The notes: generated by a model from the sequence alone, not told the origin. Counted from the first letter of the stretch, positions 18,816 through 29,556 are shown. The stretch: DNA of 64,000 nt from an uncultured Bacteroidota bacterium (GCA_937864815.1 CALMJY010000171.1:1997-65996), one strand, 5' to 3'. Numbers and translations are program-made.

Positions 18816-19950
18816 GATTTCTGCATTTATTATAAACCTCTGTTACTGAGGAAGTCATCTCCGACCAGGAATATTTTACACGTTCGGCCAAGACATTACG
18901 CATAAACTCCTCTCTCCTGTCATTGACATAATAGTCTGAAACAGCCTCAAAAATAGACTCAGGATCAGGATTAACAACATAGCCGCATTTGCGGTCAGGA
19001 ACTATTTCTCTGAGCCCTCCCACATCGGTAACAAGCATTGGTTTGCCAAAATGATAGGCAATCTGAGTCACCCCGCTTTGTGTAGCATTGCGATAAGGCT
19101 GGACAATAAGATCAGCAGCGCTGAAAAAGGCAGCAACTTCAACATCATTTATAAACCTGTCGAAGAATATTAAATGTTTTTCAAGGTTTAGTTTGTCTAT
19201 AAGGTCTCTGTAAGGGGCATCATCCTCATAGAATTCACCTGCAATCAACAGCCTGATTTTCCGTTCACGAAGTTCCTTCCTTGCGAAAGCTTCCAGTAAC
19301 AGATCAAGGCCTTTGTATTTCCTGATAAATCCGAAAAACAGGATATAGGAAAATGAGGGATCAAGGCCCAGCAGTCCCATAGCCTTATCCCTGTCGATGA
19401 GAGGACCGAAATTATCGAAAAGCGGATGCGGATTCAGCTTTACAGGAATATCACTTCTGAATTCCTGAAGATCATTCAGAACCGAGGCAGACATCGCTAT
19501 AGCTCCATCAACTGACCTGCAGTAGTATTTTGTAAGTAACCTGTCACCCGGCCTTTTTTCATGAGGGATAACGTTGTCGAATATTGTGATCACCTTAGTA
19601 TGCCCGTTGCCCTTAACAAGTCTTGCTATTGTCCCGAAACATGGAGCCATAAAGGGGAGCCAGTATTTAAAAATCAGGATATCAGGACTTTGTTTTCTTA
19701 TCTTCAGTCCTGTTCTGATCCAGTTTAATGGATTTATGGAATTAACTGATCTGATGATTTTTAATCCTTCCGGAGGTGGTCCGTCGAGATACTGTGATTT
19801 TCCCGGGAACAGAAATGATGGATACTGAATAGAAAATGTAACAATTGTTACATTTTGTCCTTCGGCAACAAACTCCCTTGCAAGCCTCTCATTGTAAGCA
19901 GCAAGTCCTCCCCTGTAGGGATATGCAGTACCGATTATTGTAATATTCAT
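18799..19950 (-). CDS. family 4 (GT-B) glycosyltransferase
   Basis: The layout runs [15 protein letters not shown].. to a C-terminal nucleotide-sugar binding region (..[26 protein letters not shown]). ATG 19950 is preferred to TTG 19962. Confidence 0.8.
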   Translation of the reverse strand: MNITIIGTAYPYRGGLAAYNERLAREFVAEGQNVTIVTFSIQYPSFLFPGKSQYLDGPPPEGLKIIRSVNSINPLNWIRTGLKIRKQSPDILIFKYWLPFMAPCFGTIARLVKGNGHTKVITIFDNVIPHEKRPGDRLLTKYYCRSVDGAIAMSASVLNDLQEFRSDIPVKLNPHPLFDNFGPLIDRDKAMGLLGLDPSFSYILFFGFIRKYKGLDLLLEAFARKELRERKIRLLIAGEFYEDDAPYRDLIDKLNLEKHLIFFDRFINDVEVAAFFSAADLIVQPYRNATQSGVTQIAYHFGKPMLVTDVGGLREIVPDRKCGYVVNPDPESIFEAVSDYYVNDRREEFMRNVLAERVKYSWSEMTSSVTEVYNKCRNHDNKK

Positions 19951-19990
19951 TTGATCCCTCAATATTGTAACAAAAATAAGAAATAATGGA

Positions 19991-21298
19991 TTAAATATTT
20001 TCAGCCCAGTTTCGAAGCATAATTACCGCCTTTGCCAGCACACCTGCTTCACCCCTGAAATCACCCGATCCGTTTGGTATTCCATCAATTCCGTACCATT
20101 CATGGAATTTGCCATTGGCAATTACCCTGTCGAGCATTGGTCTGATGGCTTCATAAGCCTCTTTCTCAAATCCATTTTCAATAAGCTGCTGAACCATGCG
20201 GCCTCCAAACCATGTCCAGTCACCACCGTTCTGATACATATAAGGCTTGCATGTGGTTGAGCCTTCAATAATCCCGTCAGGATATGGCGGATAAAGCGTA
20301 AGCCCGATTGTCGGAGCACCTGAAAGTCTGACATTTTCAAGCATCTGCCTGTAGACAGTTAGAATTTCTTCATTTGTAAGAATTCCTGCTTCGATGGCGA
20401 TTGCAGTTCCTCCATGGAAGTGGATTGCATTTTCATTAAAGTCTGCAGGGAACGGTGAACCATTCAGATAGATATGAGGTATGAACTTGCTGTTGTTTTC
20501 ATCCCACAGGTATTCCCTGATGTTCTGTTTTACTTTCTCCCTTAATTCTGCCCATTTGCTTTTATCAGCAGGATTGTCTTCAAAATCAATCATATAACCC
20601 AGTGAAATAACAAACATGGCATTATCATAAATATCGATAGCCCAGTGGGATTTCTCATCTATATCAACAACAGTGCCTCCTTCCACCTGGCAATCACCCC
20701 AGTCCTGTGTTGTTGCCCCTGTCAGCAATCCATATCTTTCCGAATACCTGTGTTTCATGAGGAATCCAATCGCCATTGACAATCTTTCCATCACGGTATA
20801 GCCTGCTATCCTTTCATTTAGTATTGATCTGTCACCGGTCTTATTAATGTATTTTCCGATTGCCTGGATAAGTGAGGTTTCCTGGTCAGTTTCAACAGTG
20901 TTTTTAAAACCTACGTGAACAGTGTCATTAATCGAGGTATAAATATTCGGATCATACCAGCTCACATGACCTTTCAGAACATATCCATCAACTATCTGGC
21001 TGTCGGGTTGCTGCATTGTAAAGAAGACGAGAAGTTTTTCCCTGATAACCGATGGATCGTAAACATCGCAGGCTGTCTCGATAAACGTATTCAGATCGCG
21101 GATCCAGACCTGGGGATATCCATCGCCTGCAGTAAATCCTTTCTTGAGCAGTTCTGCTGCCCTGACATAAACAGTGTCAAGTGTATTGTCAGAAAGTATC
21201 TTTTTTGCCAGTTCCCTGTCTTCTTTTCGCTCTGCGGAACATGAGAAAACAACTATTAACAGACATGCTATTTTGCAATAATTCCTAAGTATATTCAT
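19991..21298 (-). CDS. lipoprotein, putative (alpha/alpha)6-barrel glycoside hydrolase (GH15/GH63-like)
   Basis: Lipobox LLIVVFSC. GYPQVWIRD resembles the YxxWxRD motif of six-hairpin glycosidases, but the family is uncertain. The start is moved to ATG 21298 because the upstream 18 codons translate repeat A2 (SPLGDLGV). Confidence 0.5.
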   Translation of the reverse strand: MNILRNYCKIACLLIVVFSCSAERKEDRELAKKILSDNTLDTVYVRAAELLKKGFTAGDGYPQVWIRDLNTFIETACDVYDPSVIREKLLVFFTMQQPDSQIVDGYVLKGHVSWYDPNIYTSINDTVHVGFKNTVETDQETSLIQAIGKYINKTGDRSILNERIAGYTVMERLSMAIGFLMKHRYSERYGLLTGATTQDWGDCQVEGGTVVDIDEKSHWAIDIYDNAMFVISLGYMIDFEDNPADKSKWAELREKVKQNIREYLWDENNSKFIPHIYLNGSPFPADFNENAIHFHGGTAIAIEAGILTNEEILTVYRQMLENVRLSGAPTIGLTLYPPYPDGIIEGSTTCKPYMYQNGGDWTWFGGRMVQQLIENGFEKEAYEAIRPMLDRVIANGKFHEWYGIDGIPNGSGDFRGEAGVLAKAVIMLRNWAENI

Positions 21299-21313
21299 GA
21301 TCTTTTCGCTTTT

Positions 21314-21378
21314 CACCCCTAAATCCCCCAGGGGGGACTTGAAATCCATCATATCACTAAGCTACCATGGGGGGGTTA
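21314..21378 (+). repeat. family-A element, copy A2 (right arm decayed)
   Basis: The left arm is perfect (21314-21340). The right arm is reduced to CCATGGGGGGGTTAAAAT and overlaps the GH95 stop codon. Confidence 0.8.
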
Positions 21379-23724
21379 AAATTTCAATTCAATACTTTCC
21401 CTCGGAGCAACATTAATCATCTGATTATTACCATTATAATCAATCTCACCTTTACCTCCTTTTTCAGAAGATATCTTTGCCGATTCAAGCTTACTATTAT
21501 TCCACTTCATATCAATCTCAAATCCTCCCCTGGCACGCAAACCTTTAACCTCTCCGCTGATCCATGCTGATGGTAACGCAGGAAGGAGTCTTATGACCCC
21601 ATTATGCGATTGAAGAAGCATTTCAGCGATACCAGCAGTTCCTCCGAAATTACCATCAATCTGAAAGGGCGGGTGAGTATCAAAAAGATTCGGAAGAGTG
21701 CATTTTTTTAGCAGGTCCATTACATTTTCGTAAGCTTTATCACCTTTTTGCAGTCTTGCAAAAAAGCTGATCATCCAGGCTTTGCTCCAGCCTGTCTGAC
21801 CGCCTCCGAATGATAATCTCCGTTCAATGGTTGCCTCGGCAGCCCTGAACAGCTCAGGTTTTTCAGGTGTAAACTGTGAAAGGGGATAAAGACCCAGAAG
21901 ATGAGACATATGCCGGTGTCCGGGCTCAGGTTCATCATAGTCGTAAATCCACTCCTGTATCACCCCTTTTGAGTTTACTTTTACAGGAGGTAATCTTTTC
22001 TGTGCTTCTTTCAGTCTGTCTGCGAACTCCTTATCAGTACCCAGGATTTCAGAAGCTTCGGTGCAATAATCAAAAAGAGCATTGATAATTTCAATATCAA
22101 TGGTTGCGGCATAGGTAAGAGCTGAAACTTCTCCGGTTTTGCTATCCCTGAAATTATTCTCCGGTGAGTGTGAGGGATTTGTACCCAGATATCCTTCAGG
22201 TGATTCAACCAGGAATCCAAGAACAAATTCAGCAGCACCTTTCATCAAGGGATAAGCACGATCCTTAAGGTATGAAGTATCCTGTGTAAAAAGAAAATGT
22301 TCATAAAGCAGGAATGTCATCCAGGGACCATTCAGAGGTGTTATTCCCCAGACACCATCAGCAACTCCTGTCCTTCCAAAAGGATCCGTGAGATGATGGA
22401 ATGTCCAGCCGCCGGTACCATACATATCCCTTGCAGTTACTGTACCCGGAACGACAAGTTTTTCCATAAAGGAAGTCAGTGGTTCAGTAGTTTCGGTGAG
22501 ATTACCAACCTCAGCAGGCCAGTAGTTCATCTGAAGGTTAATGTTTGTATGGAAATCGGAATTCCAGGCCGCATTCATATCCTTGTTCCAGATGCCCTGC
22601 AGGTTGGCAGGCAGAATGGCAGGAGCCCGGGAAGATCCCATCAGAAGATATCTTCCATACTGGAAATAAAGTGTTATAAGTCCATTATCTGTCCCTCCGT
22701 TTTTTACTGCAGCCAACCGTTCATCGGTTGGGATTGCAGATAATGTATCAGCACCCAGTGAAAGGCTTACCCTGTTAAACATACCGGAGTGTTCCTCAAT
22801 ATGCCTTTTTCTGATCTCATCTACCGGTTTACCGGCAGAGTTATCAAGGATGGTTTTGCAGACAGTTTCCGGATTGATTGATCTGTCGACATCAAGAAGG
22901 TTTATATTATAATCTGTGGCCGAAGTTAAACACACAATAACTTCTTCTGCGCCCTTAACCTCAAGAACCCCATCTCCGGCCTCCACCAGGCCATTTGTTG
23001 CAGTAAGCCTCAATTCTCCTGCAAATTTCATATGTTCACCTCCGGGACCTGACAATGGATCATCCTTATCAATAATCTGCCCTGTCAGTACAAGTGAATT
23101 CCCGTCAACTGTCTTAACAACAGCATCCTGTTCCCTTGAAAGAGTAAAGGAAGCGTTTATGAATCCCTGATCAGTAGATTTTATCTGAACAACAAGAATA
23201 TTATCGGGAGCTGATACAAAAACCTCCTGGGTATAACTTTTTCCGTCTGCCGTAAAAAAAGTTTTTGCAATACCGGTTTCAAGATCAAGTTCCCTTCTGT
23301 AATTACCGGGTGTTCCTGCCCATTTGTAACTTATAAGAAGATCACCAAGGGGTTGATACGACCTTATTCTTGGAGGAGTTCCAAGCAGTTTTTTTTCGGC
23401 AATTTTAACTGCTTTGCCGTACTGGTTTTCAAACAGAGCCTTCTGAAGTTCCGGGAGATTCTTAAGTGCCTCAGGGTTATTGTTGTTAATCCTGCTTCCG
23501 GCCCAGATACTCTCTTCATTCAACTGAAGCCGTTCATTTACAGGATCGCCAAAAACCATAGCTCCCAGTCGGCCATTGCCAACCGGCAGGGCTTCCTCCC
23601 ATGCTTTAGCAGGCTGTTTGTACCAAAGTTTCAGAGAGGTGTCCGGACTATCTGAAGGATTGTTACAGGCGGTTACAAATACAGTGAGAAAGATAATTGT
23701 AAAATGAGAATACTTTCTTTTCAT
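21376..23724 (-). CDS. glycoside hydrolase family 95 (alpha-L-fucosidase type), lipoprotein
   Basis: After the signal [20 protein letters not shown] comes [29 protein letters not shown], typical of the GH95 N-terminus. The mature size is ~780 aa. The track start 23979 overlaps the upstream gene and is rejected. Confidence 0.85.
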   Translation of the reverse strand: MKRKYSHFTIIFLTVFVTACNNPSDSPDTSLKLWYKQPAKAWEEALPVGNGRLGAMVFGDPVNERLQLNEESIWAGSRINNNNPEALKNLPELQKALFENQYGKAVKIAEKKLLGTPPRIRSYQPLGDLLISYKWAGTPGNYRRELDLETGIAKTFFTADGKSYTQEVFVSAPDNILVVQIKSTDQGFINASFTLSREQDAVVKTVDGNSLVLTGQIIDKDDPLSGPGGEHMKFAGELRLTATNGLVEAGDGVLEVKGAEEVIVCLTSATDYNINLLDVDRSINPETVCKTILDNSAGKPVDEIRKRHIEEHSGMFNRVSLSLGADTLSAIPTDERLAAVKNGGTDNGLITLYFQYGRYLLMGSSRAPAILPANLQGIWNKDMNAAWNSDFHTNINLQMNYWPAEVGNLTETTEPLTSFMEKLVVPGTVTARDMYGTGGWTFHHLTDPFGRTGVADGVWGITPLNGPWMTFLLYEHFLFTQDTSYLKDRAYPLMKGAAEFVLGFLVESPEGYLGTNPSHSPENNFRDSKTGEVSALTYAATIDIEIINALFDYCTEASEILGTDKEFADRLKEAQKRLPPVKVNSKGVIQEWIYDYDEPEPGHRHMSHLLGLYPLSQFTPEKPELFRAAEATIERRLSFGGGQTGWSKAWMISFFARLQKGDKAYENVMDLLKKCTLPNLFDTHPPFQIDGNFGGTAGIAEMLLQSHNGVIRLLPALPSAWISGEVKGLRARGGFEIDMKWNNSKLESAKISSEKGGKGEIDYNGNNQMINVAPRESIELKF

Positions 23725-23756
23725 ATCATGATAAGTTATGTTTGTTCCAGGTTCTG

Positions 23757-23784
23757 CCCTGAGTCGTGTGTCGTGTGTCGTGTG
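23757..23784. repeat. heptamer array H1: CCCTGAG x1 + (TCGTGTG)x3
   Basis: Perfect period-7 tandem units in the 64-nt gap between the amidohydrolase stop (23789) and the GH95 start (23724). Confidence 0.9.
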
Positions 23785-23788
23785 TCTG

Positions 23789-25108
23789 TCACCTTGACAT
23801 ATTATCATATTTAGCCTGGAACCGTTTATAAAGCTGTTTATGTTTATTGTCGAGGCTGATGTTTCTTCCTGTAATAAATGCATACTCAACATTGTTTGAA
23901 GACATATCAAGAATGTCACCTGTTGATACAACAATATTGGCGTCCTTTCCCTGTTCAAGTGAACCTGTTTTATCATCAATTCCCAGGATTCTGGCTGTAT
24001 TCAGGGTTACTGTCTGAAGCGCCTCTTCCTTTGTCAGACCATATGCGACAGTCTGACCTGCTGCAAAAGGAAGGTTTCCATAAGCCTGTTTTGAATAAGA
24101 TAGTCCGACTAAAATCCCTTCATTCTTAAACATGGCAGCAAGTTTGAAAGGCATTTTCGTATCGCTGTAATCGTATTTTGGTACACTCAGCGGATCGGCA
24201 AGAATAACGGGTATATTGTTATCTTTCAGAATACTTCTGACCTCCCATGATGATTCATCGGCGTCTGTTAATACCATCTTCTTAACCCCATGGCGCTTAG
24301 CGAACGAGATGGCAGCAATTATACCTTTTGTTTCGGATGCACTTAGGAAAAGGATCTTTGAACCATCAAAAAGGCCTCTGAGAGATTCAAGTCTCAGGTT
24401 AGCGTCCTTTGGTTTTTCAACTGCAGCATAGGCAGCAGCATCAGTAAAAATCTCTTCCAGCTCCTCTACACTTTTATCATACGAAGAGGCTGTGTTTTCT
24501 CCGGGCATAAAATAGGCGCTACCCCTTCTTCCTCCGGCTGATGATTTGCGAGGCCAAACAAGCTGGATTCCGTTGTCTGCCTTGTATGCAGCATCCTTCC
24601 AGTTCCAGGCATCAAGCTGAACGACACTTGAGGTTCCGGGCAGAAGGTTGCCAACAGGGCATATCTGGGCAAGCAGAATCCCGTTTGACCTTATTACCGG
24701 AATTACGTGAGAATCTGTATTATATGCTACCAGGGCTCTTACGTTGGGATTTAAATTGCCTGTCTCACGGTTATCGGTGGCAACATCAACCCCGCTTCCA
24801 ATCTCAACCAGGCCAATACTTGTTGACGGAAATATAAGTCCCGGATAAATATGTTTTCCGCTTACGTCTATTACATCCGATCCTGACTTATCTGAGCTGA
24901 AATCGCTGCTTTTTCCTACATAGGTTATTTTTCCACCTGTAAAGGCAATTGTTCCGTTTTCAATAACAGTACCTGTTCCGGTATGTATTGTACCTCCGGA
25001 TAGTATTACTGTTTTCTTCTGTGCCGGAGCTACAACCGGACTTTGTGCCATTGTCCTGTTAAATAAGACAAAAAGCATTAAAACTGATATAGTTAAATAT
25101 TTTTTCAT
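23789..25108 (-). CDS. amidohydrolase-fold protein, secreted, metal-binding HxH motif absent
   Basis: It has a signal peptide and the C-terminal amidohydrolase signature [13 protein letters not shown]. At the beta-1 position it reads [12 protein letters not shown] instead of PGxIDxHxH. Confidence 0.7.
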   Translation of the reverse strand: MKKYLTISVLMLFVLFNRTMAQSPVVAPAQKKTVILSGGTIHTGTGTVIENGTIAFTGGKITYVGKSSDFSSDKSGSDVIDVSGKHIYPGLIFPSTSIGLVEIGSGVDVATDNRETGNLNPNVRALVAYNTDSHVIPVIRSNGILLAQICPVGNLLPGTSSVVQLDAWNWKDAAYKADNGIQLVWPRKSSAGGRRGSAYFMPGENTASSYDKSVEELEEIFTDAAAYAAVEKPKDANLRLESLRGLFDGSKILFLSASETKGIIAAISFAKRHGVKKMVLTDADESSWEVRSILKDNNIPVILADPLSVPKYDYSDTKMPFKLAAMFKNEGILVGLSYSKQAYGNLPFAAGQTVAYGLTKEEALQTVTLNTARILGIDDKTGSLEQGKDANIVVSTGDILDMSSNNVEYAFITGRNISLDNKHKQLYKRFQAKYDNMSR

Positions 25109-28089
25109 CGTCTTGGGAAATTAGGTGTTGCTGAACCGGTTGAAGGAGATTCCTTAAGGATATCCGCAATAATACGGTTTCGCTCATTATCAATCTGTTC
25201 CTTTAACCTGGTATCCTGATCTTCATCAAAATAAATAGTGCCTTCTATCATTGTTTTACTGGCCCTTGCATAAACTGAAAGAGGATAATCTGTCCACAGG
25301 ACAAGATCGGCATCCTTTCCTTCCCTGATGCTTCCGATCCTGTCGTCGAGGTGCAGTATTCTGGCTGGATTCAGTGTAATAAGCTTTAGAGCATCTGTTT
25401 CACTTACACCACCATACTTCATAATTTTACCAGCCTCCTGGTTAAGTCTTCTTCCCATTTCGGCATCATCTGAATGCAGGCAGGTGAGAACACCCTGGCT
25501 CATAAGCAGAGCTGCATTATATGTAATTCCTTCATAAACTTCGTACTTATAATCCCACCAGTCAGAAAAGACTGAGGCGGCGGCTCCATGTGCCTTTACC
25601 TGGTCGGCGATTTTATAACCTTCGTTAAAGTGGATCAGAGTGTTAACCTTAATTCCAAAATCGCCGGCGAGATTCATGATCATTGCACCTTCGGACTGAA
25701 TGTAAGTATGGCAAGTTATAAAGCTTCTCTTTTCAAGTACATCAACAATGGCATCAAGTTCGAGATCCCTGCGAGGAGGTATCTTGCCGGCACGATCAGC
25801 AGGTTTCAATGCATTCCATGCTTTCCACTGGTTTCTGTAGTCTATAGCTCTCTGGTAAGCATCTCGTATTATCTGCTCAACACCCATTCTCGAATTAGGA
25901 TACCGGTTAACCTGTCTTTTTACATTTTCACCCAGAGCATGTTTAAGAAATCCAACCTGGTTTTCGACTTTAAGCTCCTCGGCATTATGCCCCCACCTGT
26001 TTTTTATTATAACCGACTGACCACCAATAGGATTTGCTGAACCATGAAGTACATGTGATGTTGTTACACCACCTGCAAGCTGCCGGTAAATTGTCTGGTC
26101 TTCAGGATCCACAACATCACCAGCCCTTACCTCGGATGTAATAGCCTGCCCCATCTCATTTGTTGCATCAAGAGCCATGTGAGAATGTTCATCTATTATA
26201 CCCGGTGTAAGATGCATTCCTGTGCCATCAATTATCCTTGTAACTGCCGGAGCTGTCAGATTCTTCCCTATTTTGGTAATCTTTCCTTTCTGAACAAGGA
26301 CATCAGTATTAAGTAGCTTACCATCCTTTTCATTTGTCCAGACAGTAGCGTTCTTAAACAGTATATCCTCCTGTTTTGGCAATTCCTCCATTCCATAAGC
26401 AGTAAAAGGATATAACATTTTGCCGGGCTCAGGTATCTTTGAATCTGGCTTCTTTTTGCCCTTATCCGGTTCTGAAAAAGGTCCTATGTATTTTGCGGTC
26501 CAACTGATCCATTTTCCGTCTGATAACTGTCCCCTGCCTTCAAGGTCGTTACCTTTTATGTAACCTGTCAGCCGGTATTTTTTACTGTTCCTGTCAAAAC
26601 TTATGCTTACCATATCTTTTTCGGCTGTGAAAGCTGAACCTTTTATTTCAGTCGAGTCGACAGTAATCTTTACTGATGGTTTTTCTGGTTTTCCTGACAA
26701 TACCAGATTATAAGAAGCTGTATCAACACTCAGAGTATATGATCCACGCAGATCTTTCTGCCTCAGGTCGACGAAACGGTAAGGCACTCCCTGTACCCAT
26801 GTTTCATATATGGTACAATCTTCGGTGAAGATATTGCCTGAGGTCACAACCAGATTTGCAATCATGTTTTTCTTAATACCTCCAAGCAGATCTGATGCTC
26901 CGATCATGGAGGCAGGTGTTATTGTAAGCGCTTTAAGAGCCTCATTTTCAGGAAGACCATATTTTACAGATTTTCTCAGGTTTGTCAGGAATGAAGAACG
27001 CTGCTTCAGATCTGAAGAAGTGATTGCAAAAGTAAGACCGGCTCCGGATACTCTTGAGAGATTGAACGGGGCAAGCTCATAATGCCGCAGAGTGGAATAT
27101 GAGACTGCAACAGCTTCATAAGGATCCTTTATTTCAGGTGTTTCAGGGAAATTAACCGGAAGTATAAGTTTATTGCCCGATTTCTTTATATCCGTTAATG
27201 ACTGGTATTCATCTCCCCCTCCCTTGATTATGTAGTTAATACCGAACTCTTTCCCAAGCCTGTCAGCTCTCAGAATTTCAATTTTATTTGTCACTTCAAA
27301 TATCTGTGGAAGAGACAAATTAGTGGAATATGCTTCGATACCATCATCGTGAAAGTAACCTGAAGGAAGCTGTTTATACCATTGTGCATCATAATTTAGT
27401 TGTCTCAGCAATGCAATTATTCCGAACTGAGATGCAGGGTATAGATCATTTGAACGGCCCCTCACAAATGAATAATTTGCCGCTGTTTTATTCTTAATTA
27501 TCAGATTATTGGTTTTTCCGTCACCGGTACTGACCAGGGCTGATGTACCACGTGCTATTCCGTCGGACTTAAATGTCACAACTGCACCAAAGCCTGCTTG
27601 CCGGTACTCACCGGCCACTTTAGGATCGGGAATGAACTCTGAGGAGATATCGTAAGATGAATTTATACCATCGTTCCAGTAATCAGCAACCCGGGGTTCA
27701 GGAGTGACAGGACCCGAAGATCGTCCACCCTGGGAGGGATTCATAAACGCCGCAAAAGGATTAGCATTTGCAGATGATGCTTGCTGCTTAATACCATAAT
27801 TACCGGCATAGATATCAATAAATGCAGGGTAAATGGTTTTTCCTGTCATATCATAAATAATTGTTCCTCTGGGAAATACAAGGTTTTTACCTACTGCTTC
27901 TATCCTGCCGTTTGAGATCAGGATATCAGTATTCTCAAGAGTGGTCTGGTAATCAGCCACAACTCTGGCATTCTTCAGCCCGTAGACATCGATCCTTTTA
28001 TCGCTTACTCCTGCAACAGGGGCATTATCCTGCTGAGCCATAACAGCATAGGAGATCAGGAAAAGGATCAGGGAAAGAGTTTTTCGCAT
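25105..28089 (-). CDS. two-module amidohydrolase-family protein, secreted (degenerate N-module, intact C-module)
   Basis: It has a signal peptide. The N-module reads YPAFIDIYAGNYG (no HxH) .. ANLVVTSGN. The C-module reads TPGIIDEHSHMALD .. GSIREGKDADLVLW. It overlaps the downstream gene by 4 nt. Confidence 0.75.
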   Translation of the reverse strand: MRKTLSLILFLISYAVMAQQDNAPVAGVSDKRIDVYGLKNARVVADYQTTLENTDILISNGRIEAVGKNLVFPRGTIIYDMTGKTIYPAFIDIYAGNYGIKQQASSANANPFAAFMNPSQGGRSSGPVTPEPRVADYWNDGINSSYDISSEFIPDPKVAGEYRQAGFGAVVTFKSDGIARGTSALVSTGDGKTNNLIIKNKTAANYSFVRGRSNDLYPASQFGIIALLRQLNYDAQWYKQLPSGYFHDDGIEAYSTNLSLPQIFEVTNKIEILRADRLGKEFGINYIIKGGGDEYQSLTDIKKSGNKLILPVNFPETPEIKDPYEAVAVSYSTLRHYELAPFNLSRVSGAGLTFAITSSDLKQRSSFLTNLRKSVKYGLPENEALKALTITPASMIGASDLLGGIKKNMIANLVVTSGNIFTEDCTIYETWVQGVPYRFVDLRQKDLRGSYTLSVDTASYNLVLSGKPEKPSVKITVDSTEIKGSAFTAEKDMVSISFDRNSKKYRLTGYIKGNDLEGRGQLSDGKWISWTAKYIGPFSEPDKGKKKPDSKIPEPGKMLYPFTAYGMEELPKQEDILFKNATVWTNEKDGKLLNTDVLVQKGKITKIGKNLTAPAVTRIIDGTGMHLTPGIIDEHSHMALDATNEMGQAITSEVRAGDVVDPEDQTIYRQLAGGVTTSHVLHGSANPIGGQSVIIKNRWGHNAEELKVENQVGFLKHALGENVKRQVNRYPNSRMGVEQIIRDAYQRAIDYRNQWKAWNALKPADRAGKIPPRRDLELDAIVDVLEKRSFITCHTYIQSEGAMIMNLAGDFGIKVNTLIHFNEGYKIADQVKAHGAAASVFSDWWDYKYEVYEGITYNAALLMSQGVLTCLHSDDAEMGRRLNQEAGKIMKYGGVSETDALKLITLNPARILHLDDRIGSIREGKDADLVLWTDYPLSVYARASKTMIEGTIYFDEDQDTRLKEQIDNERNRIIADILKESPSTGSATPNFPRR

Positions 28090-28142
28090 AGAATTGAAGG
28101 TTTAACAGTTAGGATTAATAGTTTAGGTAAATATACATTTAA

Positions 28143-28256
28143 AAGGCGAAAGGCAAAAGGCGGATGGCGAAAGGCGAAAGTCATAAATCCGCAATCCGAA
28201 ATCCGAAATCCGAAATTCAATTTTACCTGATTACCGATTACAGATTACCGATTACT
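28143..28256. repeat. heptamer arrays H2: (AAGGCGA)~6, (AATCCGA)~5, (GATTACC)~4 in series
   Basis: Three different period-7 arrays lie back to back at 28143-28184, 28186-28220 and 28229-28256, in a 192-nt intergenic gap. Confidence 0.9.
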
Positions 28257-28281
28257 TCTTTTCTAATTCTTTCCCAGAATC

Positions 28282-29499
28282 CTATTTACCCAAATAATCT
28301 TTAAGATAAGAGTACTTAGGAGTTAACTGGCCATTTCTGAGAATAGTGGCCCTGGTGATCATCGGACTTTCAACACCCATGAGAAGGTCATGCAGAACGT
28401 TACTTATGAGCATTTTTCCGAAATCCTGTGAAGCATCGCGGGGGAGTTCTCCGGGAAGGTTATCGATCGACATCACTGTAATATTTGATGGACGTGAGAA
28501 AGCTGGTTCTTCGCTTACAAGGTGCGGATTATAGTCATAATAAGGATCGGAGATGGTTGTTACCCTTACTGATGAAGGCAATGGACCAGGTATATCGCAG
28601 CTGATATCAGCAATTATATTTATTCTGAAGTCGGGTTTTCGCATTTCATCAACTGTAAGAAAATGGGGTGATCGCGGATCCCAGAAGTGTCCGGTTATAA
28701 GAATATCTGTTACCCTTGCAAAAGGATAGAATATCGATTCATACTCAACGGGGAATCGCGCAAAATGTCTGAAATTAAAATCAATTCCGCTTCTGTGCCG
28801 GGTATAATGCTGAGGTCCTATCTGGCAAAATACCGGTATATCAAATTCCCGGTTAAGGTATTCGTCAGGATTTACCTGAACGATATTAGCGACATTAAGT
28901 GTTTCAACGGCGCCGGAAGAGACCCTTCCCTCCCCGGTAATAAGAACTTTAAGTCCAGGTTTTAGTTCAATTTTCCGGAGTCCTGCCCATACCTCATCAA
29001 GATCATGACACTGGTATGCCGGCTTAAGCCTGAAGCGGTTTGTTGTGATACCCCGTGCTCTAAGAGCGTTGTAGGCACCAACAATACCAGCGTGACGACC
29101 AAAGGCAACTACTCTTTGTCCCCGATCGGTGGTAAGCCTTTCAAAATCGATCAGAGTCAGCTTATTATGGGCCATTGCCATGAACATATCCTGGTTGTGA
29201 TGTTGCTTTTTGGCAACATGAGCAAAGAACATGTATGTTTTACCCGGGATAAATGTCCTTTTGTCTATCTCTTTGACCCCCAGTAGTATGTCACAATCCC
29301 GAAGGTCCTCCTTAAGCGGTATGTCGAGGTATTCGTATTCTTCATTTGAATAACAGCAAAAGTCGCTTGGCTGAACGAAGAATTGGACGTCGGGGTATGT
29401 TTCCTCGAGGGCTGTTATCTGGGGAGGGGTCAGAGGCACCCTGCGGTCGGGAGGGTTTTTAGTCTCACGGAGAATCCCTATTTTGAGTCTTTTGCTCAT
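28282..29499 (-). CDS. AlaDH/PNT-family dehydrogenase, lysine-ketoglutarate reductase / saccharopine dehydrogenase-like
   Basis: The N-terminus KIGILRETKNPPDRRVPLTP resembles the LKR domain of AASS (..RREDVNAWERRAPLAP..). It also has the Rossmann motif VLITGEGRVSSGA. Confidence 0.6.
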   Translation of the reverse strand: MSKRLKIGILRETKNPPDRRVPLTPPQITALEETYPDVQFFVQPSDFCCYSNEEYEYLDIPLKEDLRDCDILLGVKEIDKRTFIPGKTYMFFAHVAKKQHHNQDMFMAMAHNKLTLIDFERLTTDRGQRVVAFGRHAGIVGAYNALRARGITTNRFRLKPAYQCHDLDEVWAGLRKIELKPGLKVLITGEGRVSSGAVETLNVANIVQVNPDEYLNREFDIPVFCQIGPQHYTRHRSGIDFNFRHFARFPVEYESIFYPFARVTDILITGHFWDPRSPHFLTVDEMRKPDFRINIIADISCDIPGPLPSSVRVTTISDPYYDYNPHLVSEEPAFSRPSNITVMSIDNLPGELPRDASQDFGKMLISNVLHDLLMGVESPMITRATILRNGQLTPKYSYLKDYLGK

Positions 29500-29556
29500 T
29501 GTGACTGACAGAGAAGAATATATGTGAAGATACGATATATTTGTTTAACAAAGAAT

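Noticed and set aside
23725-23979. 85-codon N-terminal extension of the GH95 ORF.
   Set aside because: It overlaps the upstream amidohydrolase gene and array H1. A proper signal peptide and lipobox follow ATG 23724.
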